From Camelus dromedarius (lineage: Eukaryota): a DNA stretch of 64,000 bases. Below, in pieces: positions 1 to 12,709 of the stretch. The notes beneath the pieces are model-generated. The model ran no database searches. It was not told the DNA's origin and saw only the letters and a program-made list of their open reading frames with translations. A program made the translations under genes and the position numbers. Location: NCBI RefSeq assembly GCF_036321535.1, contig NC_087437.1:93932001-93996000 (forward strand), in the 5' to 3' direction. The first letter of the stretch is position 1. Each line of letters opens with the position of its first letter.

Positions 1-1259
1 GGAAATGAACATTTAATTTTGATTGTTTAGGTCCTAATCTGGAAAAATACCATGGCCTATTTGTTTCACAGTGATTATTCCTATTTGATGCCTGTCACAT
101 AAGAAATAATAATAGTTATGGATCAGATGCCACTAATTATATCCCCCAAATGAGTACTATATGTACCATTTAGCTTAATCTCACAAATGTCTCATATTTG
201 AAGTGGAGGCTATCTCTTAAAGTTATCAGGAAGACTAATTCATCTTTGCACTATTGTGTTAATAAATGGTATTGGCTAAATATTTAATAATGAACCTGAA
301 TTCATTTATCCTTGAGTGTCCTCTTTACTATTCAGGGACTTCAATGAATAACAGCTCTGTCGAATTCTGAACACCGTTCACAGTGTTAGTGCTAATTTAG
401 AGCTGGTGTGTTAGCATGTTGGAATCTTTTATCACTAAGTACAAGTATAGAACTAACCCTGGGGAAAATCTTAGAGAAATATGTGAGCTATTAAACACTC
501 CATGCCTGAAACAATCTCTCTCTCTCTTTCTGGCTCTTGCTCTTGTTTCCTTTGTTTGCTGTTTGTTTGCCTTTTAGCCATCAGGAATACCTGAGTTGCA
601 TCCGTGTTAGAGCCTTTTTTTTTTCTTCAGTGTAACAAATTCACCTGCCTTAGGGAGTGTGCCCTCAAAAGACTTCATGCAAATCTAGAGAGAGATCAAA
701 TTAAAGGAAGTCATAGATAATCCCTAAAGACTTTGCTTAGAGTGGTTATGAGTATTATTGCTGATTGATATACTTGGGAAACAGTTAAAAAGCTGTCAGT
801 TCAACTTATTTTGTTTGAGATATTGAATAAATATGGACTGGCTGTCTTTATAACAAGTGTATCTAACTCACTATCTGCAAAAACTTCAATGTCTAATCAA
901 CATCATGATTATAGAACTTGTGCTTGTGTGGATCACTTTGGGGAAAATGTTTCTGGTTGTTATTTATGAGTTAATTCCATGCTTTCTTTTAATTCAGGTC
1001 CTAGTGAAATACTAATAGATTGCACGGTAATTATATTTTAAAATTTAAAGTCTAATTAGCATAATGGAGTTATTAATGAAATAAATGCACACTTTCAATT
1101 GTTAATGTTTAGTTCAAATTAGAAAGTGTACCATCACCTAACTGTAAAAATCTTTTATGTAGGGTGTGGTAGTGAATTATACTACACCTTATTTCTTAAT
1201 CTATTCTAGGCAGAGTTATAAGAGCTGATCATTTAACAGCTATTGTTTTGGGGTACTAT

Positions 1260-1437
1260 CTAAGCATCTGGTGTGTATTAATTATCACAAAAATCTAGAG
1301 AAGTTGGTACTTTTATGCTTTTCTAGAAATGACGATCTAAGACTAAGTGACTTGCCCAAGGTTATTTAGCTGGTAAAGGACAGAGTAGGGCTTTTCATCC
1401 GGACAGGTGGCTCCAGGATCCGTGTGTGTAATCACAG
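1260..1437 (-). mobile_element. MIR SINE fragment
   Basis: 'taagtgacttgcccaaggttatttagctggtaaaggacagag...ctccagg...taatcac' resembles the reverse complement of the MIR core (recalled consensus). Confidence 0.6.
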
Positions 1438-1482
1438 TAACATACTACTGAGAAACCTGATCATTATAGTAATTGCTTTTAT

Positions 1483-1725
1483 AAGCTGATATTTATTGAG
1501 CAATTACTAGTATATTGTAGAATCACTGCTCAGAATTATGTGCAAATTTTCTCATTTCATCCTCACTCCAAACTGGGAAGGTAGCTACAGTTATTAGACT
1601 CATTTTACAGTTAGGTAAGTTGAGGATTATGTACATTATGTAGTTTGTGAAATGTCTCCCCACCCTGAGTCTAACTGTGCTCTGCTGCTGTGATATTCAT
1701 CTATGCTTAGGCTGCTAACCATGCT
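1483..1725 (-). mobile_element. MIR SINE fragment
   Basis: 'atttattgagcaattact...ctcatttcatcctcac...cattttacag' matches the MIR 3' half in reverse orientation. Confidence 0.6.
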
Positions 1726-1749
1726 ACAGTACTCCATGTAATCATAAAT

Positions 1750-2060
1750 GAGTTCATTAATTCACCAGCCTATGTTACATATGTGTCAAACAATGAGAAT
1801 ACAGTAGTGAGGAAGATGTGTTCATCTCAGTCATTGGCTTTTTATAACTAGTGCTATATAGAAATAAATGTGCCTCGGAAGAACAAAGGGAAGAGTGATG
1901 TATTCTGTTGAAGGGGTCAGGAAGTTCTCTGAGAGATAAGAGCTGATCTGGAGACCATACCATGGATTTCCTAGGTGGGAGGATGGACTTGGTGGTACCT
2001 GGCAGTGTGGGCAGTGAGAGGATGTGAGCGTGGGTCAGAGACTGACAGTACATGGGGTGC
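1750..2060 (-). mobile_element. L2 3'-end fragment (highly diverged)
   Basis: 'ttcattaattcacc...gaatacagtagtgaggaag...ggggtcaggaagttctctgag...gagctgatctggag' follows the antisense L2 3' pattern. Confidence 0.4.
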
Positions 2061-4330
2061 TGGGTTTATAAACATCGATGATATTGCTGTATACAGTGAG
2101 AAGGTGTGTGATGGGAATAAAGTGGAAAAGGGAGACTGGAGCCAAGCTGAGCTCGACATTTCTGCTCTGATAGGCAGTAATGCATTGTGTGTGACAGGCA
2201 ATAGTGAAACATCAGAAGCTTTTCTATGGAGTAGAGTATTGCAATATCTTTGTCAGTCTTAGTGTATTCTGTCTTTAAAATAAAATTTCCATTGAATAAA
2301 CATACCATAAATATGTAAATGATGCATTTTTGTCATGGTTATTTTTAGTCTAAAAAAGGCAATGTCTTCTCTTTTTTTACGGCTTCTATGACATTATTAT
2401 ATGTAAGAAAATATTAAATAATAAATTATAATATCATCAAGAGACTAAATCCAATTGATAAGTTATGTGCATGGACTGCATAAAATAATCTATGTAAGAT
2501 AATTTATTATATGTGTTAGGTTGAAAATATAAAGAGCTAAGTTCATCACAATTTTTCTGATTGGTATTTCCAAGATTTTGTGTTTTTTTTCTTATTGTTG
2601 TTGCTATTGTGTTTTGCTTGTTTTTACTACTTGGATTTATAGCATATCAAATTCAAAAGTAGATGTGTTCTATTTATCACCTAAAAGATTATATATCCTC
2701 TTATCCAAAACTAAATATTTTAAAGTAGTGCCACATATTGTGGAAAATACATAATTAAATTCCAAATTTTAGCCAAACTTTAGTCAAATATCTTCTAAGT
2801 AGACTTACATACATAACACAATGGATATGAGACCTTTATCCAATTACTATGATAAATTTAGATAACTTACATAATTCATATGATATCTAAATAGTGCATA
2901 AAGTAAATTACACTTATAATAATGTAATGTTTTAGCCCCTATGTTATTAAATTAAATAAATATATGCCTCCTTTGAACTAGTATATGTAAGCTAGATGTA
3001 CATATGTTTTAAAGACAATGTAAATTTAACACTTACAAATTATTCCTATTGTGTTGATTCTGGCAGTTTGAGTTGCTAACTGATTGTTTCCTCAGTTTTC
3101 ACTGCTTGCTTGACTTCTGATTTTACAGTTGTTTTTATCAGTAACAATGACATTCAGAATTAATAGAGTAGACATGTTTTTTATTTCATTAATTTTATGT
3201 ACATGAACAGTTAATATTTAATTTTCTCTCATTCACTGTTAATTTTAAAACAAGCAAACTAAAAGAATTTCAGGTTTAATCTAGAGTCTGATCCAGAGAA
3301 AAAATGTCTATATAAAACATATGCGCTTTTTTTGGGTAAAATAGTATGCATCATGTTAGAAATTTATATTAGATATCTTCAACTTTATCTTTTGTTAAAG
3401 GGTGGTTAAATTATGGTAATTATTATAGCTAATATAGTATGGCTTATGTAATCTGAATACATTGAATATAAGAACTGACTGTAGAAGTAAATTCCTCTCA
3501 TTGAATGTGTAAATGAGTCATACTAATTTGTAAGAAACCTACTCAGTAAACGCCATAGATGCTGCATTAACTTAGCAGCGACAGCTATTTCTTTTGTCTC
3601 TGTATACAGTCTTCCATGTTTTTACCTATCCATCTAAATATTTATCTCTTAAAATACTTGGATGCTCACTGTCTTTATAGAATTTAGTTTCTTCCTTAAA
3701 ATAATTTATGGACTTGAGTGAGAGAGACTGATGGTAATTAAAATGATAATAAAGAATTAAATGTTGATTTCATTGAAAGAAAAACAATTGGAAGAGAAAG
3801 TTCTGATCAGACTTATTGTTTGACTTCTTATAAGAGTGCTTGCATTGTTTTAGTATGTTCTGTCAGGTTGAAGTAATGTGTCTTTGTTAAATCGAGAAGT
3901 GAAAATATGCAGATTTTGAATAAGTGGTAGGCTAGGAAAAAGTCCATTTTGTCCCATACTGAAGCAGTGCAGAGCCACAGTACAATTGGATTTAGTCTCT
4001 TGATGACATTACAATTTATTTTTTCTTTAATATTTTTTCTTACATATAATAATGTCATAGAAGCAGTGCAAAAAGTTATAATTAAAATGGATTTATGCTC
4101 CTTATATTTTCTTTCTTTAAAAATATTTGTTCTGGAAGGAAGCATTTCAAAATGTAAAATCATAGCATTTGAACAATTGAACATTGAAAGCATCTGATCA
4201 CACTCTGTATCTTTTATATAAGTACACTAAGGTCCAGAGCATTAAATTGATTTTCCCAGAATTAGAGTTAGTGTAAGGCAGAATTGGAAGTAGAACTTTT
4301 TTCTTACGGTTTTTCCATTAAATATTTTCT

Positions 4331-4633
4331 TTCTTTCTTTCTTTCTTGAAGTGTAGTCAATTTACAGTGTTAGTTTCATGTGTACAGCAAAGAGACTCAG
4401 TAATGCCTATACATCCATATTTTTTTTCAGATTCCTTTTCATTACAGCTCACTACAAAAAAATTGAATATAGTTCCCTATGCTATACAGTAGGTCCTTGT
4501 TCTTTATTTATTTTATATATAGCAATGTGTATCTATTATTCTCAAACTCCTAAGCTACCTGTCCCTTGACCCTTTCCCCACTGTAACCACAGTTTGTTTC
4601 CTATGAGTGTGAGTCTGTTTCTGGTTTGTGAAA
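4331..4633 (-). mobile_element. L1 3'UTR fragment, cetartiodactyl type (5'-truncated)
   Basis: T-rich tail, then 'ttgaagtgtagtcaatttacagtgttagtttc...ttgaatatagttccctatgctatacagtagg...gtgagtctgtttctg', the reverse complement of an L1 3'UTR; homologous to 13060-13130 and 39400-39535. Confidence 0.8.
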
Positions 4634-4715
4634 TTTATTTATTTATTTTTTAATGGAGGTCCTGGGTTCAATCCATACTAAGCACACATTCTGCCACTGA
4701 GCTATACCCTAACCC
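4634..4715 (-). mobile_element. tRNA-Ala-derived camelid SINE (vic-1-like) with internal micro-inversion
   Basis: 'ccactgagctataccct' is the reverse complement of the SINE head/A box, and there is a (TTTA)n tail; same family as 38332-38470 and 39666-39816. Confidence 0.8.
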
Positions 4716-5369
4716 ACTCAAGGAAGTAAATATTTGATAGATGAAAGAGGGAGGCAAGATGTCAAGGAAGTTATAATTAGAAGATACCTTTTTAGTATAG
4801 TTTGTCAGTTCTCAGTAACTTGCATAGTTTTGAAATTGTTAAACTACTGCAACATTGCAGTGATTAAGCCATGTGGTTTTCTACTAGTATGACATAGGGA
4901 GTGATGTAAAGTGAATATCTGGGTAGAAGCAGTTTGTTTCAAGAAGCATTTAACCTAGACTTCTTCCAATAAAGTTTTCTACTACAAGGAGAGAAAAACA
5001 TTTTGGCATCTTGTTTGGCATCTTTATACAAGTGTCTATTAAAGGAAAGAAAATATATCACATTTTTAAGTCACTAATATGGGTCAGACACGATGTTAAG
5101 TGTTCTACGTATTTTATTTCACAAGAACACCTTTTATGTGTTTTACATTTCTCTTTAAGTTCACTTCTATTCTTTGCTTTATTTCATAGTTAAGCTCATA
5201 TGCAGTCTTTAAATCTTCATGTCCAATTCACTTGTCAATCAACTTTAATCTGCCTTCTGCTTATATTTATTGCATTGATACCAGTCTTCTACACTCCAGT
5301 TCTGTTCTTGTCAATATTACTAACGTCATTCATGTTGGGCACTGTCTGTCCTCATGTTACGCAGTTACT

Positions 5370-5946
5370 GGCTGAAGCAGCCACAGGTGGTTCCTTCTTT
5401 AGTGAAGAAACCGACCTTCTCTTGTCTTTCATGATTCCACATTTCTTTTTTTCCCTCCTCTTCCAAACTCACTAGTCATTGTTATTCATATTCTACTGCT
5501 ATATGCTCTTAATCCATTGAGCAGTTAGTATTAGGATACTAAGCACACTTCTTTACATAAAAACTTCCCTACATGATATTGACTTTTCTTATGACTTTGA
5601 ATGTTATTTGATATCTCTTCTGAGGTCCAACATGTGCATTCAGTATGCTAATTTAGTTGTGTCACAATCTCAATATCAAGACCAAATTTGTATATTCTGC
5701 TTCAAGAATATATTTTGACTCCATACCCCTCACCTGTGTCCTCTGTCACTATTCTTGGCCAAGCCACAACCATCTTTAGCCTGCAATAATGCAATAACCT
5801 TCTACTTGGTCATCCTGCATCCAGTCTTCTAACTACTTCTCATTTAACAGGGTAAGATTATTTAATTACACTGACACCCATTGTTATTGAAATAAAGCAT
5901 AAGCTCTTTTTCTGGCATAAAATTATATGAACAGTCTCTACAGATC
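5370..5946 (+). mobile_element. L2 fragment interrupted by the LTR at 5947
   Basis: 'caagccacaaccatctttagcctgcaataatgcaataaccttctacttggtc...ctgcatccagtc' resembles the L2 3' region; L2-like sequence appears to resume after 6460. Confidence 0.5.
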
Positions 5947-6459
5947 TGTCAACTGAAAAAAATGCACAACCTAAAAGTTAAGAGTTATGTTTTATTCTGC
6001 AAATTTCCTGAGAACTTTAAATCTGAGAGAGAGCCTGTCAGATAGCTCAATGGGACTGCTCTGAAGATGGAAAGGAGAAGCCAGGATATATCAGAGCTTT
6101 TGCAACAAAGACCAAGTAGTCAGAACATCATAAGATTACTGTCAATTAAAGAAAACCAGATATCTCAAGTTAAGAAATTTAGTGCTTTTCTATGTATGGG
6201 AAGATGCAAGAGTCTGGCTCATTGAAATCACTTCTTTGATCTTTCTCTTAGCTATCTAGGGTCAGTATCCTGTTCCTTCCCATCTTGAGTCCCCTCTGGG
6301 TGCACCTGCAGTGGCTGAGGGCTTGGTAGCAGGCAGCTTATTTGTCTCCAGTCTGAGTTTCCTCAGGGCTCACTGTCAGGGATCAGGGGGTACAGTAGTG
6401 GCTTGATGGCTGCAACATCTTTTGTTTACTGATATGGCAAGCAATGTTTTTCATTCACA
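5947..6459 (-). mobile_element. ERV1 solo LTR, MER41-like (cetartiodactyl MER41_BT-type)
   Basis: TG...CA termini (tgtcaactg / cattcaca); 4-bp TSD gatc (5943-5946) vs tatc (6460-6463), one mismatch; minus-strand AATAAA at 5991-5996; body resembles the recalled MER41_BT-like consensus. Confidence 0.8.
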
Positions 6460-6875
6460 TATCCATGCCCCTTTTTTCATTATACCTACAGTGCACATTC
6501 CTTATTGTAGCTTTGGAAGCAAGTCACTTTTTCCCCCTACTTCAAAGATCACACTATTTCCTCTGTCTGAAATATTCTGTCCCTTCCCCCTTTCTTGCTC
6601 TTCTCATAGATAGCTCTTTCTCATCCTTTAGCTTGTGGTTCTTAGAAAGATGTCTGGCCTCCAAAATGCCATTCCATAGTAGTCTATCTGAAATAGATTT
6701 GTCTACATTAATTTCTTTCTTAGCAATCTGTTTACTTCTGCTTTATAACATATTGATATTTGTAACTATTTTTAGGTCTTGTTTACTTTGCAGTTTTCTG
6801 CTGCCACACTAAACAGAAAACTTACAAGTAATGAAAATATATATTTTACATTTATCCTAACATCGGCAACACCTC

Positions 6876-7406
6876 TGAAGTAGACACACCCTGACGTGAT
6901 CCCCCTTTGCCTGAGTGACCTTGATTAGGAACAGGGCTTAAAACTTTCTTGTCAGCAGTAGAATATTACAAAAGGTGTGGATGTCAATCCCGTGATTATT
7001 TTATCTTACTCTTAAGTAAGTCTTAGCAACATGGAAGAAACGATCTTCTGGCTGGTCTTGAGGAAGAAGGAAACTGCCTTTGGAGAGGGCCACGTTGTAA
7101 GACAGTGTAGGGGCTGCCTCTAGGATCTATCTGAGAGTGACCACAGGTCAATAGTCAATAAAAAGTCAAGGCCCTCATTCATACTGCCACAAGGAAATAA
7201 ATCCAGCCAACTCCCTGTATTAACTTGGAAGTGGGTTCTTCCCTTGTTGAGTCTTCAGATGAGCATGCAGCCCAGATGACACCTTTATTGTAGCCTTGTG
7301 AAACCCTGAGAAAAAGACCTGCCACACGGAAGCTGTAAGATAGTATGTAGGTGTTCTTTTAAGCTGCTAAATTTGTAGTATTTTGCTACACACCGATAGA
7401 AAATAA
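6876..7406 (+). mobile_element. MLT1 (ERVL-MaLR) solo LTR
   Basis: Typical MLT1 motifs 'ggagagggccacg', 'ccacaaggaaataaatccagccaac', 'cagatgacacctttattgtagccttgtga' and the end 'aagctgctaaatttgtagtattttgctacac...atagaaaa'. Confidence 0.8.
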
Positions 7407-8009
7407 TTTTTTATTAATAGAAAACTATTAAATAAATATTGCACTTCTTAGATAACCTACCAATATTTGTGGAATAAGACAATTAAAACATTAAGAATTA
7501 TACCATTATGTAACAATCAATCAATTGTAAATCAGTATGACATGACGTCAAAAGACAACTGAGGAATTTCTTAAAATAATATCGCATGCAATAGAATAAA
7601 AATCCTAGTATATGGTACTAGCTCTTCCATACAGTTCAGAATTAGATGATAGAAGAATAGAAGTGGATGATTAATAATCATATACTGCAGAAAAAAAACA
7701 TGCTTACTGAATCAGGGCATACTCACTCACAGCTTAGCCATACTTGGCTATGACTGTCATCAGTTCCCTAAAGTGTAAAAATTAGTCAGTACCTGAACCA
7801 CATAGCACCATCTGTTCTGGTTGAAAGTATGTGCTTTGATGAAAATTACTTCATTCCCACCTAGAAAATAGAGAAATGATATTGACACCCTCTTAGTTAA
7901 TATACTATTTTTTCACAATGTGTTGTTGTTTGAAGTAATCAGATGCAAGCTTTCTCATAATTAAAGAAAATGCTTTGTGATAGATGAAGTTCAGGAAAAA
8001 GCTGAAAGC

Positions 8010-8510
8010 CAGTGGGCAAGGAAAAGGATTTGACCTAAGTAACTTTTGAAAATAGTGTTTTGATGGGAAATCTAAGGATAAAGACAAAAGGAATGGTACA
8101 TAGCACCGCATCTGATAAATTTCTCATAGGGGTTTGAGTTAGCAATTCTGAACCTGCTTTGGAGATATACTGAGAATGAATTAACAAGTTAATGGGTGCT
8201 GGAAAAAGGGAGCTAAATGTGTCAGTTAGAGAGGGAAGCTATAGATAAGTAAGAAGGGAAGACTAGTATGAAACCTGTGGTATGGGACTAGAGTTGGAGA
8301 CATCAGTATGGAAATATATAAAAATATATATGCATATATATATTTGCACAGATACAGAAATAGGTGTATGTATATGTGTGTTTGTGTGTATGTGTGTATA
8401 TATATGTATATATATATACATATATATCCTGGAATCAGAGACAATCCAGTAGCAAGAAGCCTGAGATATCCTGGTTTTGAATACAATTCTCCTGTGAAAG
8501 GAGTTAGGAA
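8010..8510 (+). mobile_element. Old L1 3'UTR fragment (L1MC/L1MD-like) with internal TA/TG microsatellite
   Basis: 'gagagggaagctatagataag...tagagttggagacatcagtatg...ccagtagcaag' is homologous to 38080-38520 (+) and 43540-43830 (-). Confidence 0.7.
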
Positions 8511-8511
8511 T

Positions 8512-9980
8512 TCTGATCTTTGACAAAAGAGCAAAGACAAAAACTGAAGCATAGATAGCAAAGGTAGTCTTTTCAACAAATAATGCTGAAATGACTGGAT
8601 ATCCACATGCTAAAAAAAAAATAATAATCTAGACACAGAACTTAACATCTTCACAATTAACTCTAGGTGGATCACAGTTCTAAATGCAAAAGCTAAAACT
8701 ACAAAACTTCTAGGACATAGGAGAAATCCAGGTGGCCTTGGATATGGTGATGCCTTTTGAGGTATATCACCAAAGGCATAGACCATGCAAGAAGTAACTG
8801 ATAAGCTAGCTTCATTAACTAAAAACATATGCTTTGCAAAACAGTGTCACGGCAATGAGAAAACAAGCTACAGACTTGGAGAAAATATTTATAAAAGACA
8901 CATCTGATAAAGGACTGCTATCCAAAATATACAAAGAACTTTTAAAAGTCAACAATAAGAAGACAACCTGATTTAAAAAAAAAAAAATAAGCCAAAACCT
9001 CAACAGACACCTCAGTAAAGAAAATATACTGCCATGTGAAAAAATGGTTCATGCCACGTTTCATCAGGGATATACAAATTAGAACAACAATGAAATACCA
9101 CTACACACTTACTAGAATGACCAAAACCTGGAACACTGACGACACCAAATGCTGGCCAGGTGATGGAGTAACAGACACACTCATGCATTGCCAGCAGGAA
9201 TGCGAAATGTTACAGCCACTCTGGAAGACATTTTAGTGGTTTCCCACAAAACAAAACATACTCTTATCAAACAAGTCCAGCAATGGCACTCCTTGGGTAT
9301 TTACCCAGAGGAGCTGAAAGTTTATGTCCAGACAAAAACATTCACAAGATGTTTATATCGACTTTATTTATAATTGCCAAAACTTGGGTGCAGCTAAGAT
9401 GTCCTTCAGTAGGTGAATAGGTGTATAAAATGTGGTACATCAAGACAATGGAATATTAGTCAGAGCTAAAAAAAAGCTATCAAGCCATGAAAAGACATGC
9501 AAGAAGCTGAAATGTACATTACTAGTGAAAAAAGGCAATCTGAAAAGGCTACATCGTGTATGATTTGAATCATATGACATGGAAAAGGGAAAACTTTAGA
9601 GAGAGTAAAAGATAAGTGGTTGCCAGGGTTTTAGAGAGCAGGGTTAGAAGATTAGGTGAGGCACAGAAGGTTTTTAGGGCAGTGAAAGATGTTCCATATG
9701 ATACTGTCATGATGGCTTCATCATTACAGATTTGTCAAAACCCATAGAATGTACAACACTGAGAGTGAACCACAATGTAAACTATGCACTTCGGATGATT
9801 ATGATGTATGAACGTAGGTTCATCAGTTGTAACAGAGGTACCACTCTGATGGGGGAATGTTCATAACTGGGAAGGCTATGCATGTGTGGGAGCTGAGAGT
9901 ACACGGGGTAGCTCTGTCCCTGCCCCTCAGTTTTGCTGTGAACCTGAAACTGCTCTAAAAATAAAGTCAATTTTTTAAAA
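8512..9980 (+). mobile_element. L1MC1-like ORF2 C-terminus plus 3'UTR (5'-truncated, degenerate)
   Basis: ORF 9036-9236 gives 'IQIRTTMKYHYTLTRM...KCW...HCQQECEMLQPLWKT', a degenerate ORF2 cysteine-rich region; ends 'aaactgctctaaaaataaagtc' plus A-rich tail. Confidence 0.9.
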
Positions 9981-12709
9981 AATTAGTTAAATAAAATGGC
10001 ATTTTAAAATAATATTTCAGAATAATCATTCATACAGAGTACTAACAGCAGTGAATGGACCATCTGCATTCAATGGAGCAAGTATTTCTTTCTCCAAAAT
10101 TAACTGCTCTTATATCAGGATAGTCAAAAATGAAAAGCAGATTTCCAAATTGACACTTAGGATTCAGCTCAGCAACAACCAAGAGGTACAAAGTGAAATA
10201 GAAAAGGAGAACAAGTGAAGGATAGCTTCAACTGATCTCAGAGAGCATATTATATTGGCTACTTTAGCTTTGAAATTCCCCTCAAGATTGATTTCACTAC
10301 TCTTGTTGTGGTCAAATAGAGGAGATGGCTAGAAAATAAAAAATCTTGACTGAAGATTTCTTTTATCTTATGCATAGATATAATACATTCAACCGGCATA
10401 AAGAAGAAACTACAAAAGGGAACTTTGAATATAAAATAAGAGAGAGAAGCTGCCTATGTATAAACTTGATTTCTAAAAAGGCTAAGAATGTTACATGAAC
10501 AATATTTGCTATTATTATGAAGGTGTTGTTTTCACTAATATGAAAGCAAGGTTGTTTTTCTACTTATGATGTTCATATCAAAAGATACATAGATATTGTG
10601 TATATACATTACACATACAATCTTACATTGCATTGGTGCCATGAGGGAAAAAGTAGAAAAATAAAATGTAACATTACAGTAATATGAGCAAACTTTCTAT
10701 GCCTTACTTTAAATACCACTCCTCCATAACTTTCTAGTTCCTTGTTTACAAAATTTTGTGACTGTCTCTTTTTCTTCAAATACAATCTTTGTTGGAGACT
10801 CAGTATGTAAAATAGGGGGGAGATGCCACTTTGGTTAAAACATCAGTGCCCAAATGAAGTAACGGTAGCCTTTATCTCCAAGTGACTTTTCAAATTTTAA
10901 AACTCTGTGGGGCACATTTTGAATTCAATAATTCTGTAGCACTTTACACATAATTATTAGCAATAAGTTGTGTTAGTTCTGTATTCCCAATTTTATTGTA
11001 AATTTCCAACAAACAGGAACCAAGTCTTCAAGTGCAGTCCTCCCAGAATTTGAATTTTGAATGAAACATTCTTCCAGCGGCCTGAGGGACGTTCCACATG
11101 AATTTGATATCTCAGAGTTAGAAATGAACACATACAAAAGATAAAACACCATGGTGCCAAGTGCAAATTGATATCATTGAGCTGATTAAATATATCTGTT
11201 GTCTTTCTCAACTCCCTATCTCCCTCATCCCTACGACCCACCATCACTACCCATGACTCAGTACCTTGGAGGACAAATCTTTCAACACACAGTCTGCCTT
11301 TTTTATTCCTTGAACCAAACTCTAGCCAATCCCCTTTCACACTTTTTGTTTATGTATACAAAAATTTATTGGCCAGGAAGCCATTAATTTAAGTAAAAAT
11401 TTGGGAGATACAGTTTCAGATCTTTAAAGGAGAATGTTATATTTGATGATCTTAAAAATGCTTCTGTATCCTAGATTCTAATTTCTAAGTTAGAACTTAG
11501 AATTTAGGTTCTAAATTATTTCTTTAAATGTAGATATTTCTAAATAGCATCATGTATTCCAGAAATACAGTATTGTTACGGGAGAATGAGATGATCATAG
11601 CTACTGCAGCAGTGTTGGAACAATGTGTGGATACAGTTGGCATGTTGAAAACACAAAAAGAGAACACATGTTGAGGGCACAAAAAGAGAGATGTAGATTC
11701 TTAATGTTAATGATATCAGTGAACTGCTAAATTAACTATTATCCTATCTCAGAGCCTCTAGTAGGTGATTTTTTTCCCCAAATTTTGAAATTTGGTGAAT
11801 TAGGATCATCTGTTTATACAGATGAAATCATCCAAACAGGTATTAAAACCTAACAGGTATATGTTAAGAAAGTTGACTGAGCACAAAAAATATTTCTGCT
11901 CAGTAAAGAAATGCCGGTGTGCTAGATATTTTAGTACTAGCAGACCTCAAATTCTTTTGTTTCTCAAATGATTACTTTGATAACATAGAAGGTATATAAC
12001 TTTGTTTCTAAGAAACATAAAGCTAATCAAAAAATCAAAATAGCTCAAGGAAAATGTATTTATTTTAAGAATACTTCACATCATATCAAATCCAAGGAAG
12101 AGTTGACAAACTCATCCTAAGATGATTATAATCATAAACTGTTCCAAAGACTTTAATATAATACCTTTGAAGAACATTCGTCTTTCCATCTACCAATCAT
12201 ATGACTCAGGTCTCTACTACAACCATTAAGATTAGGAGTTTAAATACCATATAGGAGAGAGCTCAGTTCAATCAACATTCCTTCCCTGCCCCAGTTATTG
12301 TGGCCAAGGATTCATGGTCAACCAGCCTTGAATTTCACAGTGATCTATGATGGCAATGGCTTAACCTTGTCACAGAAAACGAAGACATCCAAGGTTTGAT
12401 GATTAAGACATTCCTCATAAGAATTTCTCAGCCTAACAGCTATACAATAAAACACAAGGAAGATAATTGACTTTATGAAAGGAAAGGAGTCAGGGGATAG
12501 AAAAGCACCCCAAGGAAACAGAGTATTTCAAATACTCCATTGTATAAAGTTTTATGATGTTAGCAGTTTATAACATATTAATAGGTTAAATAAAATTGTA
12601 TAGTTGCAACAGTTTAAAGAATTTGAACTGTTGTAGTTTAATTTTTTTTTAATTTATTATAATGTTTTCCACACTATACTCGGAGGGGTCTTTCTAAAGT
12701 CTAAGAGAT

